Origin: a bacterium
Lineage (GTDB): Bacteria; J088; JAWLBW01
Length of the DNA: 48,192 nucleotides
Assembly: GCA_041690355.1 (NCBI GenBank)
Contig: JAWLHK010000014.1
Location: 62,001 to 110,192, forward strand
Direction of reading: 5' to 3'
Shown here one piece after another: positions 1 to 9,237 of the stretch (the stretch's first letter is position 1; every line of letters starts with the position of its first letter). The notes under the pieces were generated by a model that did not search any database, was not told the DNA's origin, and saw nothing but the letters and a program-made list of their open reading frames with translations. Made by a program: the position numbers and the translations under genes.

Positions 1-2887
1 AGCCGATCGCCCCCGCCCCGGATACGCACACGCGCGCAGAATCCGTAATCCGGTCGATGTAGGCCTCCTGCCCCATGAGGGCGCCGTTCAGGAACGGGGC
101 CGTGGTCAGGGCCGGATACATCGTGCCCGTCGTATCGCTGATGCTGGCCCGGTAGTTGAAGGTCGTGGCCGGAGCACAGGGGCCCGAGACGGGATCGTCG
201 GCACAGGCCACCGCCGAGAAGGTGAACGGCACGTGAGCGCGGACCTGCGTCGACGGCACGGTCACCTGGAACTTGACGACATCGGGCGGCACCAGATCAA
301 ACGCGTTGGTTTCGTCCTGGAGACCCACCGTGCCGCAGTCGGCCACGATGGATGTGCGCACCGGATAGGCATCGGCGGTGAACCAGACGTCGACTTCGAG
401 GCCGGGCTTGTCGGTCAGACTCAGGGGCGCCCCTTCGACGTGAAGCGTAGCGAGCGCGCTGCCCGAGGTCAACGCGAGATTGTTGCAGAGGATGTTGTCG
501 GTAACGTTCCCGAACTCGTCGATTGGTTCCACGCGTACACGAATCAAGTTCGGGCTCGCTGGGTTCAGGGTCAGCCGCTGCGGCGTACCGAGGGGGTTGA
601 TGCGCAGCGACTCGGCGTGCGCGCTGCGTACGACGAAGGGGCTGCTCAGATTGCCTTGCGGAGAGATGCTGCTGGTGGCCAGCGGATTCGCGGCCACCCG
701 CGCATTTCCCGACGGCCGGGTCGCCCGCACGGTGACGAAGCAGTGGCTTTCTTCGCCGGGGATCTGGATGGTCGTGCCGAAAATCGGGTCGACGAAGGTG
801 TAGGAGTACGTCCCCAGATTGCCCGTCACGAAGTCGGGCGTGAGTCCGGCCGGCTGCGCCGAGGCACCCGAAGCGGCGGTGGAGCAGTTCGAGTCGACGA
901 CTTCGAGTTCGGTATTGTTGCCTTGGAGCAGGACCCGTCCTGAGAAATCTGTCACGCCGGCGTAGGCAGGCGAGTTGATCGGGTTGGCCGTTCGCGTGCG
1001 CGCGAGTACGAGCACCTGAAAGGGAATGCCGACCTCCTGCTCTGTCGCCGGATCGGTGCTCGTGTAGACGCCCAGCTCCGGCACCGTGCCGTACTGCCCG
1101 GGCAGAAAGACCGTAAAGTCGGAGATCAGATTCGTGTTGTCGAGGTTGAAGTCGAGGGCATGCGGCACGACCTTGAACCAGTCAGAGTACGTACGTACCG
1201 CCCCGTACTCGGCAACCAGTCGAACCGGAGTGATGGACTCCGTAAACCCCGTATCGGCCATGATGTACGAGAAAAAGGTCGTCTGCCCGAGTACCATGGG
1301 CGGGGTCTGCTGAACCCGGCGCGTCACCCCGTCTACTTCCTGCGAGATGGCGACGCTGTCGCCGAACCACAGCACCCGGTTGCCCCAGGCGTCCAGGGCC
1401 GTCACGGTCAGGAGAAAGTTGAAGATGTTCACGTCTTCGGGATTGTAGCGCTGGGCCGGGACAGGCGAGAACCCGAACTGCGCGAGCTCGCCCGGAACGA
1501 CCGAAACGTCCATCTCTGCCAGGAGTGAACCGATGCGCGCGCGCACGGTGTACGGGCTCCGGCCCTGATCGCGCAGGTTGTAGACGTCGACGTAGTAGTA
1601 TCCGGCCTTGCCCGCGTCTTCGACGACCGGCCCCAGACAGGGACCCGAGCAGGCCGCGGTGCCCCGGGTCTCGGTAAAGCTCACACCGCCGGCGTCGCGC
1701 AGCGACACCGTGAAGTCGTCGGCCTTGCCCCCGATGAGGGCGGCGTCCTGGTCGGGCTCATTCGGGTCGTTCACGTAACGGCGCAGGCGCAGTTCGAGCC
1801 GCGTCGTGAACTGACTGTCGATGGCGCATGGGGCGTCGTAACTGCCGCCGCGCCCCGGCCGATCGCAGCCGTCGGCGGAAATGATGCCGTCGAAACCGGT
1901 CGCCGTCTGCATGAGCAGCTGATTCGGCGGGCTGGGCAGCACTTGAAACGTGTTCGACTCACCTGTGTGACCGGCCCCGTCGGAGACGAGAATCCGGGTC
2001 GAAGCCAGGTCCGTGCGGATGAGGAAATCTTCTTCAATTTCGCCGAGCGTGAAGAGATTCGTGAACGCCTTGGGTCCGATGACGCCGGTGCCGACAGTCG
2101 TGCTCAGGTGCACGAGTTTTTCGAAACCGGTCACCAGATTCCCGTTGCGATCGCGCGCGCTGATGCGCAGGGCGAAAGGCTCGTTGGCCACCTGCTGCGC
2201 GTCGACAGGGGCAATGGAGAAGTGGTCGAGTACGCCGGCCAGAATCTGGATGGGGGCCTCCTGCCTGATCGCGTCCGACAGCGCGGCCGTGATCAGCACG
2301 GGGGAGTCTTCGGTATGGACGAGACCGGCGATGCGCGCATCGTACACCCCGGGCGAACGCTCACGAAGGTTTTCGAGCCATCCTGCCGTCGTGCGGATGG
2401 AAATCGGCGCCGTCGCCGGATTTCCCGCCTCATCGACGGCCGTGACGACGAGATCGACGAAGCCGTCATCGGCATTGACGAAAGTGCTCGACGGTTCCAG
2501 CGTGATGCCCGAAGGCGCGCCCGACACGATGGGCAGATAGGCGGTCTGGTAGACCCCGCCGATGCTGACGGTGACGAGCACCGGGCTGAACGAGGTATCG
2601 GTCAACCCCTGGAGCGTGGCCGTGAACCGGTCATTACCCTTGGCGACGATGCCGACGACCTTGTCGGCGCCGGCGCTCGTCGCGATGCGGATGTCGTCGA
2701 CCAGGATGCGCCGCCCCGAAAAGTTGTCGACGTCAATCGACAGCACGGTCGTCCCCTGATCGGCCGCGACCGGATACGGCGTGAACGACAGGCGGATGTT
2801 GAGATTGCTGGCGGGGACATCCTCGGAGGGACGGCTGCAGGCGGCCAGGAGCACCAGAAGGGCGACAAGCCAGGCGGAATTGCGCAT
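1..2887 (-). CDS. Large Ig-like/invasin (Big_1-type) repeat lipoprotein, 3' end truncated by window edge (>960 aa)
   Basis: Not in the ORF track because it has no stop in the window. Read manually from ATG 2887, which overlaps the upstream TAA as TAATG: MRNSAWLVALLVLLAAC-SRPSEDVP (lipobox). Recurrent invasin/Ig strand motifs follow: VTAVDEAGNP, ISARDRNGNLVTGF, VTALDAWGNRV, VEPIDEFGNV. Frame read open to position 2. Confidence 0.85.
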   Translation of the reverse strand, partial: MRNSAWLVALLVLLAACSRPSEDVPASNLNIRLSFTPYPVAADQGTTVLSIDVDNFSGRRILVDDIRIATSAGADKVVGIVAKGNDRFTATLQGLTDTSFSPVLVTVSIGGVYQTAYLPIVSGAPSGITLEPSSTFVNADDGFVDLVVTAVDEAGNPATAPISIRTTAGWLENLRERSPGVYDARIAGLVHTEDSPVLITAALSDAIRQEAPIQILAGVLDHFSIAPVDAQQVANEPFALRISARDRNGNLVTGFEKLVHLSTTVGTGVIGPKAFTNLFTLGEIEEDFLIRTDLASTRILVSDGAGHTGESNTFQVLPSPPNQLLMQTATGFDGIISADGCDRPGRGGSYDAPCAIDSQFTTRLELRLRRYVNDPNEPDQDAALIGGKADDFTVSLRDAGGVSFTETRGTAACSGPCLGPVVEDAGKAGYYYVDVYNLRDQGRSPYTVRARIGSLLAEMDVSVVPGELAQFGFSPVPAQRYNPEDVNIFNFLLTVTALDAWGNRVLWFGDSVAISQEVDGVTRRVQQTPPMVLGQTTFFSYIMADTGFTESITPVRLVAEYGAVRTYSDWFKVVPHALDFNLDNTNLISDFTVFLPGQYGTVPELGVYTSTDPATEQEVGIPFQVLVLARTRTANPINSPAYAGVTDFSGRVLLQGNNTELEVVDSNCSTAASGASAQPAGLTPDFVTGNLGTYSYTFVDPIFGTTIQIPGEESHCFVTVRATRPSGNARVAANPLATSSISPQGNLSSPFVVRSAHAESLRINPLGTPQRLTLNPASPNLIRVRVEPIDEFGNVTDNILCNNLALTSGSALATLHVEGAPLSLTDKPGLEVDVWFTADAYPVRTSIVADCGTVGLQDETNAFDLVPPDVVKFQVTVPSTQVRAHVPFTFSAVACADDPVSGPCAPATTFNYRASISDTTGTMYPALTTAPFLNGALMGQEAYIDRITDSARVCVSGAGAIG

Positions 2888-4038
2888 TACGGCCTCACCG
2901 GGAGAACGAGGTAGAGGAGCGAGCCATGCGAGAGGTCGTAGGTCGTGATGGCGATGCGGTCGCCCGCGGGCAGCAGCGCGGCGCTGTTGTACAGCCCCAC
3001 GGCCCCTTCGTTCAGCACGCTCTGACGGCTCCAGCGTCCGCCGTAGCGGCGGGCGACCTTCAGGTCGAGGTTGGCGCCGTCGAAGTAGGCCACGAAGAGG
3101 TCGCCCGAGGGGAGCCACAGAAACGCGGCGTCGCTGCCGACCGAGGGACTGTCGTCGATGAGCGTCGACGTCCATCCGGCGTCGGTCTTCTCGGCCAGCC
3201 AGAGCCTGTGCTGAAGGCGATCGGCATAGACGATGCGCGGCGTCACCGGCGTCGTGGCGATGGCCCCCTGGGGCTGCACGAGCAGGCGGCTCCAGACGCC
3301 GGTGTCACCCGGGTCTTTCGCGTCTTCTCCCTCTTCGGCCGGCGGAGCATAGCCCGCGACCGCTTCGGAGCTGAAGGTACCGTCGGTGATCATGCGGGCG
3401 TAGCGCAGCCCGCCGCGGCTCGCGTCGTAGTAGGCGAAGTGCACCCCGCCGGCGGAATCGGAGGTCAGCGAAACATGGCGCCCCACGTCGCCGAAGTCGT
3501 CGACGAGCCTGCGGGCCCACCCCCCCTGCGGATCGCGCTGGGCATACATGAGGTCGCCGTTCGTCGCGTCATAATAGGCGACCGCCGGCCCGAACGGCGT
3601 CAGGGTCAGATCGAGAAAGTCGCCGAGCTGAAAAAACGAGGCATCGACCGCCGCCGTGACCCAGCCGGCTCCGGGGCGGCGCGAGGCAAAGAGCACCGAC
3701 TGCTCGTCAGAATCCTGGTAGGCCAGATACGCCGTGTCGTCGGGACCGAACAGAAGACGAGCGCCGCGGCCGCGATCGGTCTCGCCGCCGCCGTCGACGG
3801 TTTCCTTTTCCCACCGGGTTCCCGCCCAGCGCGCCACCCGCAGATCGGTAGAGTCGGCATGGTAGTAGGCGACGTGGGGTTTTCCGGCGCTGTCGAGGGC
3901 CAGGCTCGAGTGGAGTCCGGCCCCCGCAAAGGGGAGCCCGCGATCGATGACGGCTTCGGCCTCGAGCCCCGTTTCGCCATCACGCGCGCAGGCGGCGGCA
4001 AGCAGGGCGATCGCGACAGGCAGCAGGCGGATACGCAA
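2887..4038 (-). CDS. Seven-bladed beta-propeller lipoprotein
   Basis: TTG start, lipobox LLAAAC; seven ~45-aa repeats of the type SLxLDxxGxxHxAYYDxxxxDLxYAxxxxxxWxxxxVD. Confidence 0.8.
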   Translation of the reverse strand: MRIRLLPVAIALLAAACARDGETGLEAEAVIDRGLPFAGAGLHSSLALDSAGKPHVAYYHADSTDLRVARWAGTRWEKETVDGGGETDRGRGARLLFGPDDTAYLAYQDSDEQSVLFASRRPGAGWVTAAVDASFFQLGDFLDLTLTPFGPAVAYYDATNGDLMYAQRDPQGGWARRLVDDFGDVGRHVSLTSDSAGGVHFAYYDASRGGLRYARMITDGTFSSEAVAGYAPPAEEGEDAKDPGDTGVWSRLLVQPQGAIATTPVTPRIVYADRLQHRLWLAEKTDAGWTSTLIDDSPSVGSDAAFLWLPSGDLFVAYFDGANLDLKVARRYGGRWSRQSVLNEGAVGLYNSAALLPAGDRIAITTYDLSHGSLLYLVLPVRP

Positions 4039-4066
4039 CGGAACCTCGTCTTTGAAAAGTGCGTAC

Positions 4067-4096
4067 AGTATAATCGTCCGTTCCCGGACCGGTCAA
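4067..4096 (-). promoter_or_regulatory. Putative sigma70 promoter for the propeller/Ig lipoprotein pair
   Basis: Minus strand TTGACC-N18-TATACT about 30 nt upstream of the TTG at 4038. Confidence 0.5.
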
Positions 4097-4112
4097 ACGT
4101 CTGTTTAATTCC

Positions 4113-7100
4113 CTATTTCTTCTGCTTCAGAGCCTCTTCGGCCGCCCGGCGCGCCGCTTCGGCCTTGCGCAGCGCCATGACCCGCCGCACGCCGTCAGAA
4201 GCCTCGGTCAGATCGGGGCGCGCATCCATGACTTTGCGGAAAGCGGTTTCGGCGTCGGCCAGTTTCCCCTGCGCCTCGAGGGCCCGGGCCAGCAGGATAC
4301 GCGCCCGGTGGTTCTGTGAGTCATAGCGCAGGATCTCCTCGGCCAGGCTCACGGTACGCGCCGCCTCGCCTGCCTCGAAAGCCCGCTGCGTGAGGGTAAA
4401 GGTGGCCGCGACGAAGTTCCCTTTCGCTTCGGGAAACCTCGCCCCCGCGTTCAGCATCGTGTCGCGGAACCGCTCGCGCGCCCCCTCGAAGTCTCCCTTG
4501 CGATAGAGGATCATGCCGATCTGGTACTGCCGCTGGCGGTCGCCGCTGTCGAGCTCGGCGCAGCGGGTCAGATACGGAAGCGCCTCGTCACCGCGATCGG
4601 CCGTGTAGGCCTGGTCGCCCAGGGCGCAGACGGTGTCTTTCACGTACGTGCGCAGCTCCGGATATTTCGGGTTGTCGGACTCGACCACCTCGAAGTGCTG
4701 CAGGGCCGTGCGCAGCTCCTTGCGCTTGAACGCGAGGACGCCGATCGTGAACTCGGCTTCGTTGCTCGGATCGTACTGCTGCGAGTTCTTGTAGGCGGCG
4801 TCGGCGTCTTTCAGCCTGCCCGCCGCCATGGCGCGCGCGCCGATCTTGCGGTAGACCTCGGCGACGAGTTTCTGACCGCCGGCCACGTTGGGGTCGGTGT
4901 CGACGGCCTTGCGCAACGGTACGATGGCCTTTTCATACTCCTCGAGGGTCACGAGCAGGAGGCCGTATTCGCTGAGCACCTCGATGTTCTTCGGAATGAC
5001 CTTCAGGGCCGCTTCGAGGTGCCGGCGGGCGTCTTCGTTGCGCGCCAGCTTGCGATCGCGCTTGCCCATGGCCAGATGGATCGTGCCCGTGAGCTCGCGG
5101 GCTTCGGGGGCCTTGAGCATCTTCACGTGCTCGAGCGCCTTGTCGTACATCTCGTTGCGGTAGGCGAGCATGGCGATGCGGTAGCGGTGCTCTTCGACCC
5201 CCTTGCGCATGAGGGGAATGGATTTCTCGTACCAGCCGATGGCCAGCTCGACGAATCCGGCCCGCTCGGCGATTTCGCCGAGGCGCAGATGAACGCCCAG
5301 ATCGCGCGGCTCGAGCACGAGAAACCGTTCATAGTAGGGAACCGCGTCGCCCCCCCTGCCCTGCGTGAACAGATCGTCTGCGTGGTTGCGCAGCGAACGG
5401 CGCAGGTAGCTGCCGACGTTCTTGAAGTTCGCGTCGAGTCTGTAGGCGGCGTCGAATTCGTCGGCGGCGTTGCCGAAGTCCTTCTCCTCGTAGAGCACGG
5501 CGCCCAGACCGTAGTGCGCCTCCCTCAGAAGCTGCTTCAGCGCAATGACCCGTTCGAAATAGCGCTTCGCCAACGCATACGACTTGTCGTCGGCGGCGAG
5601 ATCGGCCAGGTGGTAGAGCGCCTGGGCGTGGTTCGGATCGAGGCCGATGACCTTCTTGAAGTTCTCTTCGGCGGCGGCCCGGTCTTTCTTCTTCGCGTTG
5701 AAGGCGATGTAGCCCAGGTTCCAGTAGGCGTCGATGAGTACGGCGTAGGCCCGGCGGTAGCCCGGATCCCGATCGTGCACCTGCTGCAGGTTGCGGGCCG
5801 CCTCGGCATAGCGGCGCTCTTCAAAGGCGATGAGGCCCATGCCGTAGAGGGCCCCCTTCTGCACCGGATTGAGCTTGAGGGCTTTCTGAAAGAGCGCGCG
5901 CGCCTGCGGCTTCTTCTTTTCGTCGAGCAGCTGTTCGCCATGCGTGCCGTAGGCGAGCGCAAGATGATCGACGCTGTCGCGGAAGGGGGGCTTCTCGCCG
6001 GCCAGCTTCTCGAGTCGCTGGATCGAAACCGGGTACTTCTTGAGCTGGAACTCGGTGAGCGCGAGCGTGTAGGCCGCGTCGCGGTTGCCGGGAACGATCT
6101 CGACGGCGCGCCGCAGGTCCGGTTCCGCATCGGCGAAGCGTCCGGCGTCGAAGGCATTCTGCCCCCGTTTCTGGCGGGCCTCGCTCAGGTGCGTGCGCGT
6201 GTCGGCGTCGCGCGGCTGTTTCGAGAAGGCAGACTCGAGCTCTTCGACGGCGGTGTCGAGATGGTTCTGCCGCAGCGCCGCCAAGCCGATGTAGTAGTGG
6301 GTCGGGGGGAGATCGGGGGGATGCTTGAGCACTTCGCGGAGCTTCTTTTCGGCATCGGCCCAGCGCCGTTCGCGGATGTCGGCCATGGCGAGCTGCCACC
6401 AGGCTTCGCGCAGGTAGCTCGTAACCTTGTCGGCGCGGTAGACGCCGTCCTGGGCGCGCACCGAGTCCATGTAGCGAATGGTGTTGGGCCAGTCCTTGCG
6501 TCCGAAGTTGATTTCGCCGGCCTCGAAGCTCGAGGCGAGCACGAAGGCCGCCTTCTGAATGGCGGCCTCGAAGAACGGCAGCGCCTGGTCGTCATCCTGA
6601 AAGCGCCGGTGAATCATGCCCATGTAGTAATAGGGATTGCCCGGCTGCGCGTCGAGCGCGATGGCCTCGCGCAGCAGCGCCTGGGCCTTCTCGAGCACCC
6701 CCTTCTCATAGAGCCCCACGGCGATGCGGTAGTCCACGTCGGCGAGCGCGATCTCGACCTGGCGGTGCCCGCGCTGCAGCGAGCGCACCTTCTCGTAGTA
6801 GCCCTTGGCCTTGGGCAGGTCGCCCTTGGCGTCCCAGACCATGCCGAGGTTGAAGTGGGCGTCCTTGAAGTTGGCGTCGAGGCGCAGAACGTCGTTGAAG
6901 AGCCGGTCGGCGTCGTCGTGCCTGGCCTCACCCATCGCCTGTACGCCGAGATTGTAGTAGGCGGTGAGCAGGTAGGGATCACTCTGGGCGCGCAGCGACT
7001 CGTCTTTACGGGCCTCTTCCATCCAGCGCACGGTCTCGGTCCAGTCGCGGGTCTCGGCGGCACCCATGCCCAGGTAGAGCTGGCTGATGCGGTGGTAGTC

Positions 7101-7739
7101 GGGGTCTTCGGTCGAGACCAGCAGGTACTTCTTCGAGAGGTCGTACCGGCGCGTCTTCAGCGTGAGGTAGCCCAGGAAATAGTTCGCCTCGGTGTCGCCG
7201 GGCACGAAGCGCAGGATGGCGGCGTAGTCCCGCTCCGAAGCCGCCAGGTCGCCCTTCTGGAGATGATCACGGCCGCGGCGCTTGTAGAGGTGCACGACCC
7301 GCACCGACGCATCCTTGTAGCCGGCCTCGAGCGCCACGGTCTGCTCATAGCCCTCGATGGCCCGATCGTAGTCACTCAGCAGCTCGTGGGCGAGCGCGCG
7401 GGTGTAGACCAGTTCAATCTGGTTCGGCACGATGGCCAGCGCCTGCTCTGCATACGTAAGCGCCTCGGTGGCATTGCGCTTGTCCATGGCCTGCAGCGCC
7501 AGCTGGCCGTAGGCCTTGCCGAGCAGCTTGCGGATGCGCGGATCATTCGGATTGCGCACCCGCTCGCGCTCGAGCAGATCGCGAGCCTCCCAGGGCTGGC
7601 GGCGGTCGAGCAGCTGTTCGGCCAGGGCTACGGCCCCGGGTTCATCCTCCGCCGTCAGCTGCGCCAGCGCGGGTGAAGCCGAAAAGAGAAAAACAGAGAC
7701 AAAAAGAAGGCGGGGCCAAGGATGCGAAGAAAATGCCAT
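4113..7739 (-). CDS. Large secreted tetratricopeptide-repeat protein (~1208 aa)
   Basis: Signal peptide MAFSSHPWPRLLFVSVFLFSASPALA, then continuous TPR motifs (e.g. AHFNLGMVWDAKGDLPKAKGYYEKV, AHYGLGAVLYEEKDFGNAADEFDAAYRLDAN). Start moved from 7892 to ATG 7739 on the basis of the signal peptide and the upstream promoter. Confidence 0.9.
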   Translation of the reverse strand: MAFSSHPWPRLLFVSVFLFSASPALAQLTAEDEPGAVALAEQLLDRRQPWEARDLLERERVRNPNDPRIRKLLGKAYGQLALQAMDKRNATEALTYAEQALAIVPNQIELVYTRALAHELLSDYDRAIEGYEQTVALEAGYKDASVRVVHLYKRRGRDHLQKGDLAASERDYAAILRFVPGDTEANYFLGYLTLKTRRYDLSKKYLLVSTEDPDYHRISQLYLGMGAAETRDWTETVRWMEEARKDESLRAQSDPYLLTAYYNLGVQAMGEARHDDADRLFNDVLRLDANFKDAHFNLGMVWDAKGDLPKAKGYYEKVRSLQRGHRQVEIALADVDYRIAVGLYEKGVLEKAQALLREAIALDAQPGNPYYYMGMIHRRFQDDDQALPFFEAAIQKAAFVLASSFEAGEINFGRKDWPNTIRYMDSVRAQDGVYRADKVTSYLREAWWQLAMADIRERRWADAEKKLREVLKHPPDLPPTHYYIGLAALRQNHLDTAVEELESAFSKQPRDADTRTHLSEARQKRGQNAFDAGRFADAEPDLRRAVEIVPGNRDAAYTLALTEFQLKKYPVSIQRLEKLAGEKPPFRDSVDHLALAYGTHGEQLLDEKKKPQARALFQKALKLNPVQKGALYGMGLIAFEERRYAEAARNLQQVHDRDPGYRRAYAVLIDAYWNLGYIAFNAKKKDRAAAEENFKKVIGLDPNHAQALYHLADLAADDKSYALAKRYFERVIALKQLLREAHYGLGAVLYEEKDFGNAADEFDAAYRLDANFKNVGSYLRRSLRNHADDLFTQGRGGDAVPYYERFLVLEPRDLGVHLRLGEIAERAGFVELAIGWYEKSIPLMRKGVEEHRYRIAMLAYRNEMYDKALEHVKMLKAPEARELTGTIHLAMGKRDRKLARNEDARRHLEAALKVIPKNIEVLSEYGLLLVTLEEYEKAIVPLRKAVDTDPNVAGGQKLVAEVYRKIGARAMAAGRLKDADAAYKNSQQYDPSNEAEFTIGVLAFKRKELRTALQHFEVVESDNPKYPELRTYVKDTVCALGDQAYTADRGDEALPYLTRCAELDSGDRQRQYQIGMILYRKGDFEGARERFRDTMLNAGARFPEAKGNFVAATFTLTQRAFEAGEAARTVSLAEEILRYDSQNHRARILLARALEAQGKLADAETAFRKVMDARPDLTEASDGVRRVMALRKAEAARRAAEEALKQKK

Positions 7740-7790
7740 GTTCAGAACGTGCAGAAACGGGGTGCGGAGCCGGGGGCAGAATGCCCTGAT

Positions 7791-7819
7791 ATTGTAACGG
7801 GCCGGTTTCAGGGGGGCAA
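7791..7819 (-). promoter_or_regulatory. Putative sigma70 promoter of the TPR gene
   Basis: Minus strand TTGCCC-N17-TACAAT. Confidence 0.55.
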
Positions 7820-7878
7820 CAGAGTAAAACCGCGTTTGTTTGCAGCGGCTTACGGCAGGACCCGTGTGCATTTGTTTC

Positions 7879-7907
7879 TTGACTCGGGGCATTCAGGATG
7901 GTATGGT
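7879..7907 (+). promoter_or_regulatory. tRNA-Gly promoter
   Basis: TTGACT-N17-TATGGT with an extended -10 TG, 12 nt before the tRNA. Confidence 0.65.
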
Positions 7908-7919
7908 ATAAGACGCTCT

Positions 7920-7995
<76 letters not shown>

Positions 7996-8000
7996 AGTTC

Positions 8001-8040
8001 AGAAAGCCGGTCGCTGCCCTGCACGACCGGCTTTCTTTTT
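8001..8040 (+). terminator. Intrinsic terminator after tRNA-Gly
   Basis: AGAAAGCCGGTCG/CGACCGGCTTTCT stem followed by a T run. Confidence 0.85.
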
Positions 8041-8051
8041 GCCCTTTCGCC

Positions 8052-8079
8052 GGCCCCCTGTCGTCCCTCGAAGGGGACC
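8052..8079. repeat. Short REP-like palindrome (related copy at 24157-24188)
   Basis: GGCCCCCTGTCGTCCCTCGAAGGGGACC vs GGCCCCCCTGTTGTCCCCCGTCAGGGGGACCC. Confidence 0.5.
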
Positions 8080-8110
8080 CTTACGATGGCAACCGGGTGA
8101 CCGTACTGTC

Positions 8111-8147
8111 TGACGACTGAGGACTGAGGACTGGCGACTGGTGACTG
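8111..8147. repeat. Heptamer tandem array (TGRNGAC x5) abutting the dioxygenase ATG
   Basis: tgacgac tgaggac tgaggac tggcgac tggtgac tg, then c ATG (8149). Confidence 0.85.
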
Positions 8148-8148
8148 C

Positions 8149-8967
8149 ATGCTCCCCACCTATTTCATCTCCCACGGCGGCGGCCCCTGGCCCTGGATGA
8201 AGGACCAGATGCCGGGCCTCATGGACCGGCTCGAGGCGTCGCTGCAGGACATTCCCCGCCAGATTGGCGGCAAACCCGAGGCCGTGCTCATGATTTCGGG
8301 GCACTGGGAGGCGCCGACGCCGGCCGTCATGGCCCATCCGCAGCCGCCGATGGTCTATGACTACTCCGGATTTCCCCCGCACACCTATCAGATCCGGTAC
8401 GCGGCTCCGGGGTCGCCGGTGCTCGCGGCGCGCGTGAAGGCCCTGCTCGACGAAGCAGGTCTCGGGGCCGAACTGGATGGGACTCGGGGCTTCGATCACG
8501 GCATGTTCGCCCCGATGGCGGTACTCTATCCCGCCGCCGACGTGCCGACCGTGCAGCTCTCGCTGCGCAGCGGCTACGACCCCGAATTCCACCTGGCCAT
8601 GGGGCGCGCCCTGGCGACGCTGCGCAGCGAGGGTATCCTCATCATCGGCAGCGGCCTGAGCTATCACAACCTGCGCCAGATGGGCCGCGCGGCTGCGGCG
8701 CAGGCTTCGGCCGCCTTCGACGCCTGGCTGCGCGAAACCCTCGTCGATTTCGCCCCGGATCAGCGGTCCGAACGGCTGCGGCGGTGGTCGGCCGCGCCGG
8801 CGGCGCGCGAAGCGCACCCGCAAGAAGATCACCTGCTCCCCCTCATGGTGGCCGTCGGCGCCGCCGAGCAGGAGCCGGCGACCGTGGTCTACCACGAGAG
8901 CACGTTCTTCGGGAATGTGACCGTCTCGAGCTACCGGTTCGGCGACTCCGTCCCCGGGCCGGCTTGA
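8149..8967 (+). CDS. DODA/YgiD-type class III extradiol ring-cleavage dioxygenase (LigB family)
   Basis: Motifs PTYFISHGGGP, ISGHWE, YDYSGFP, RGFDHG, IIGSGLSYHNL, AHPQEDHLLPL. Confidence 0.92.
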   Translation: MLPTYFISHGGGPWPWMKDQMPGLMDRLEASLQDIPRQIGGKPEAVLMISGHWEAPTPAVMAHPQPPMVYDYSGFPPHTYQIRYAAPGSPVLAARVKALLDEAGLGAELDGTRGFDHGMFAPMAVLYPAADVPTVQLSLRSGYDPEFHLAMGRALATLRSEGILIIGSGLSYHNLRQMGRAAAAQASAAFDAWLRETLVDFAPDQRSERLRRWSAAPAAREAHPQEDHLLPLMVAVGAAEQEPATVVYHESTFFGNVTVSSYRFGDSVPGPA

Positions 8968-9040
8968 GGCCGCTCGCAGCTTTGCGCTAGGCAACGGGAA
9001 AGGATTCTCCGCTCCAAATGGAAACGGGATGGCACCCCTT

Positions 9041-9171
9041 TCCCCTCTCCTTACGAAGGAGAGGGGCCGACGGCGCCCGTGCGCCGACGGGGGTGAGGTG
9101 GCCCTTCGAGGGGCCGACGGCGCCTGTGCGCCGACGGGGGTGAGGTGGCCCTTCGAGGGGCCGACGGCGCC
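9041..9171. repeat. REP-like element: CCCTCTCC...GGAGAGGG hairpin plus a 47-bp unit in ~2.4 tandem copies
   Basis: Unit GAGGGGCCGACGGCGCCYGTGCGCCGACGGGGGTGAGGTGGCCCTTC at 9061, 9108 and partially at 9155; near-identical inverted copy at 37853-37910. Lies between convergent genes. Confidence 0.85.
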
Positions 9172-9237
9172 GCTGGATTCACCATCCGCCGAGGGTCCGC
9201 CGAAGCGATGCGGAGGCGCAACGGGGCTGAGGCGCCC

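Noticed and set aside
4695-7676. 993-aa plus-strand ORF (likewise 12063-14219, 25567-27861, 45313-47850, 233-943, 1943-2914)
   Set aside because: Antisense shadows of well-supported genes on the opposite strand.
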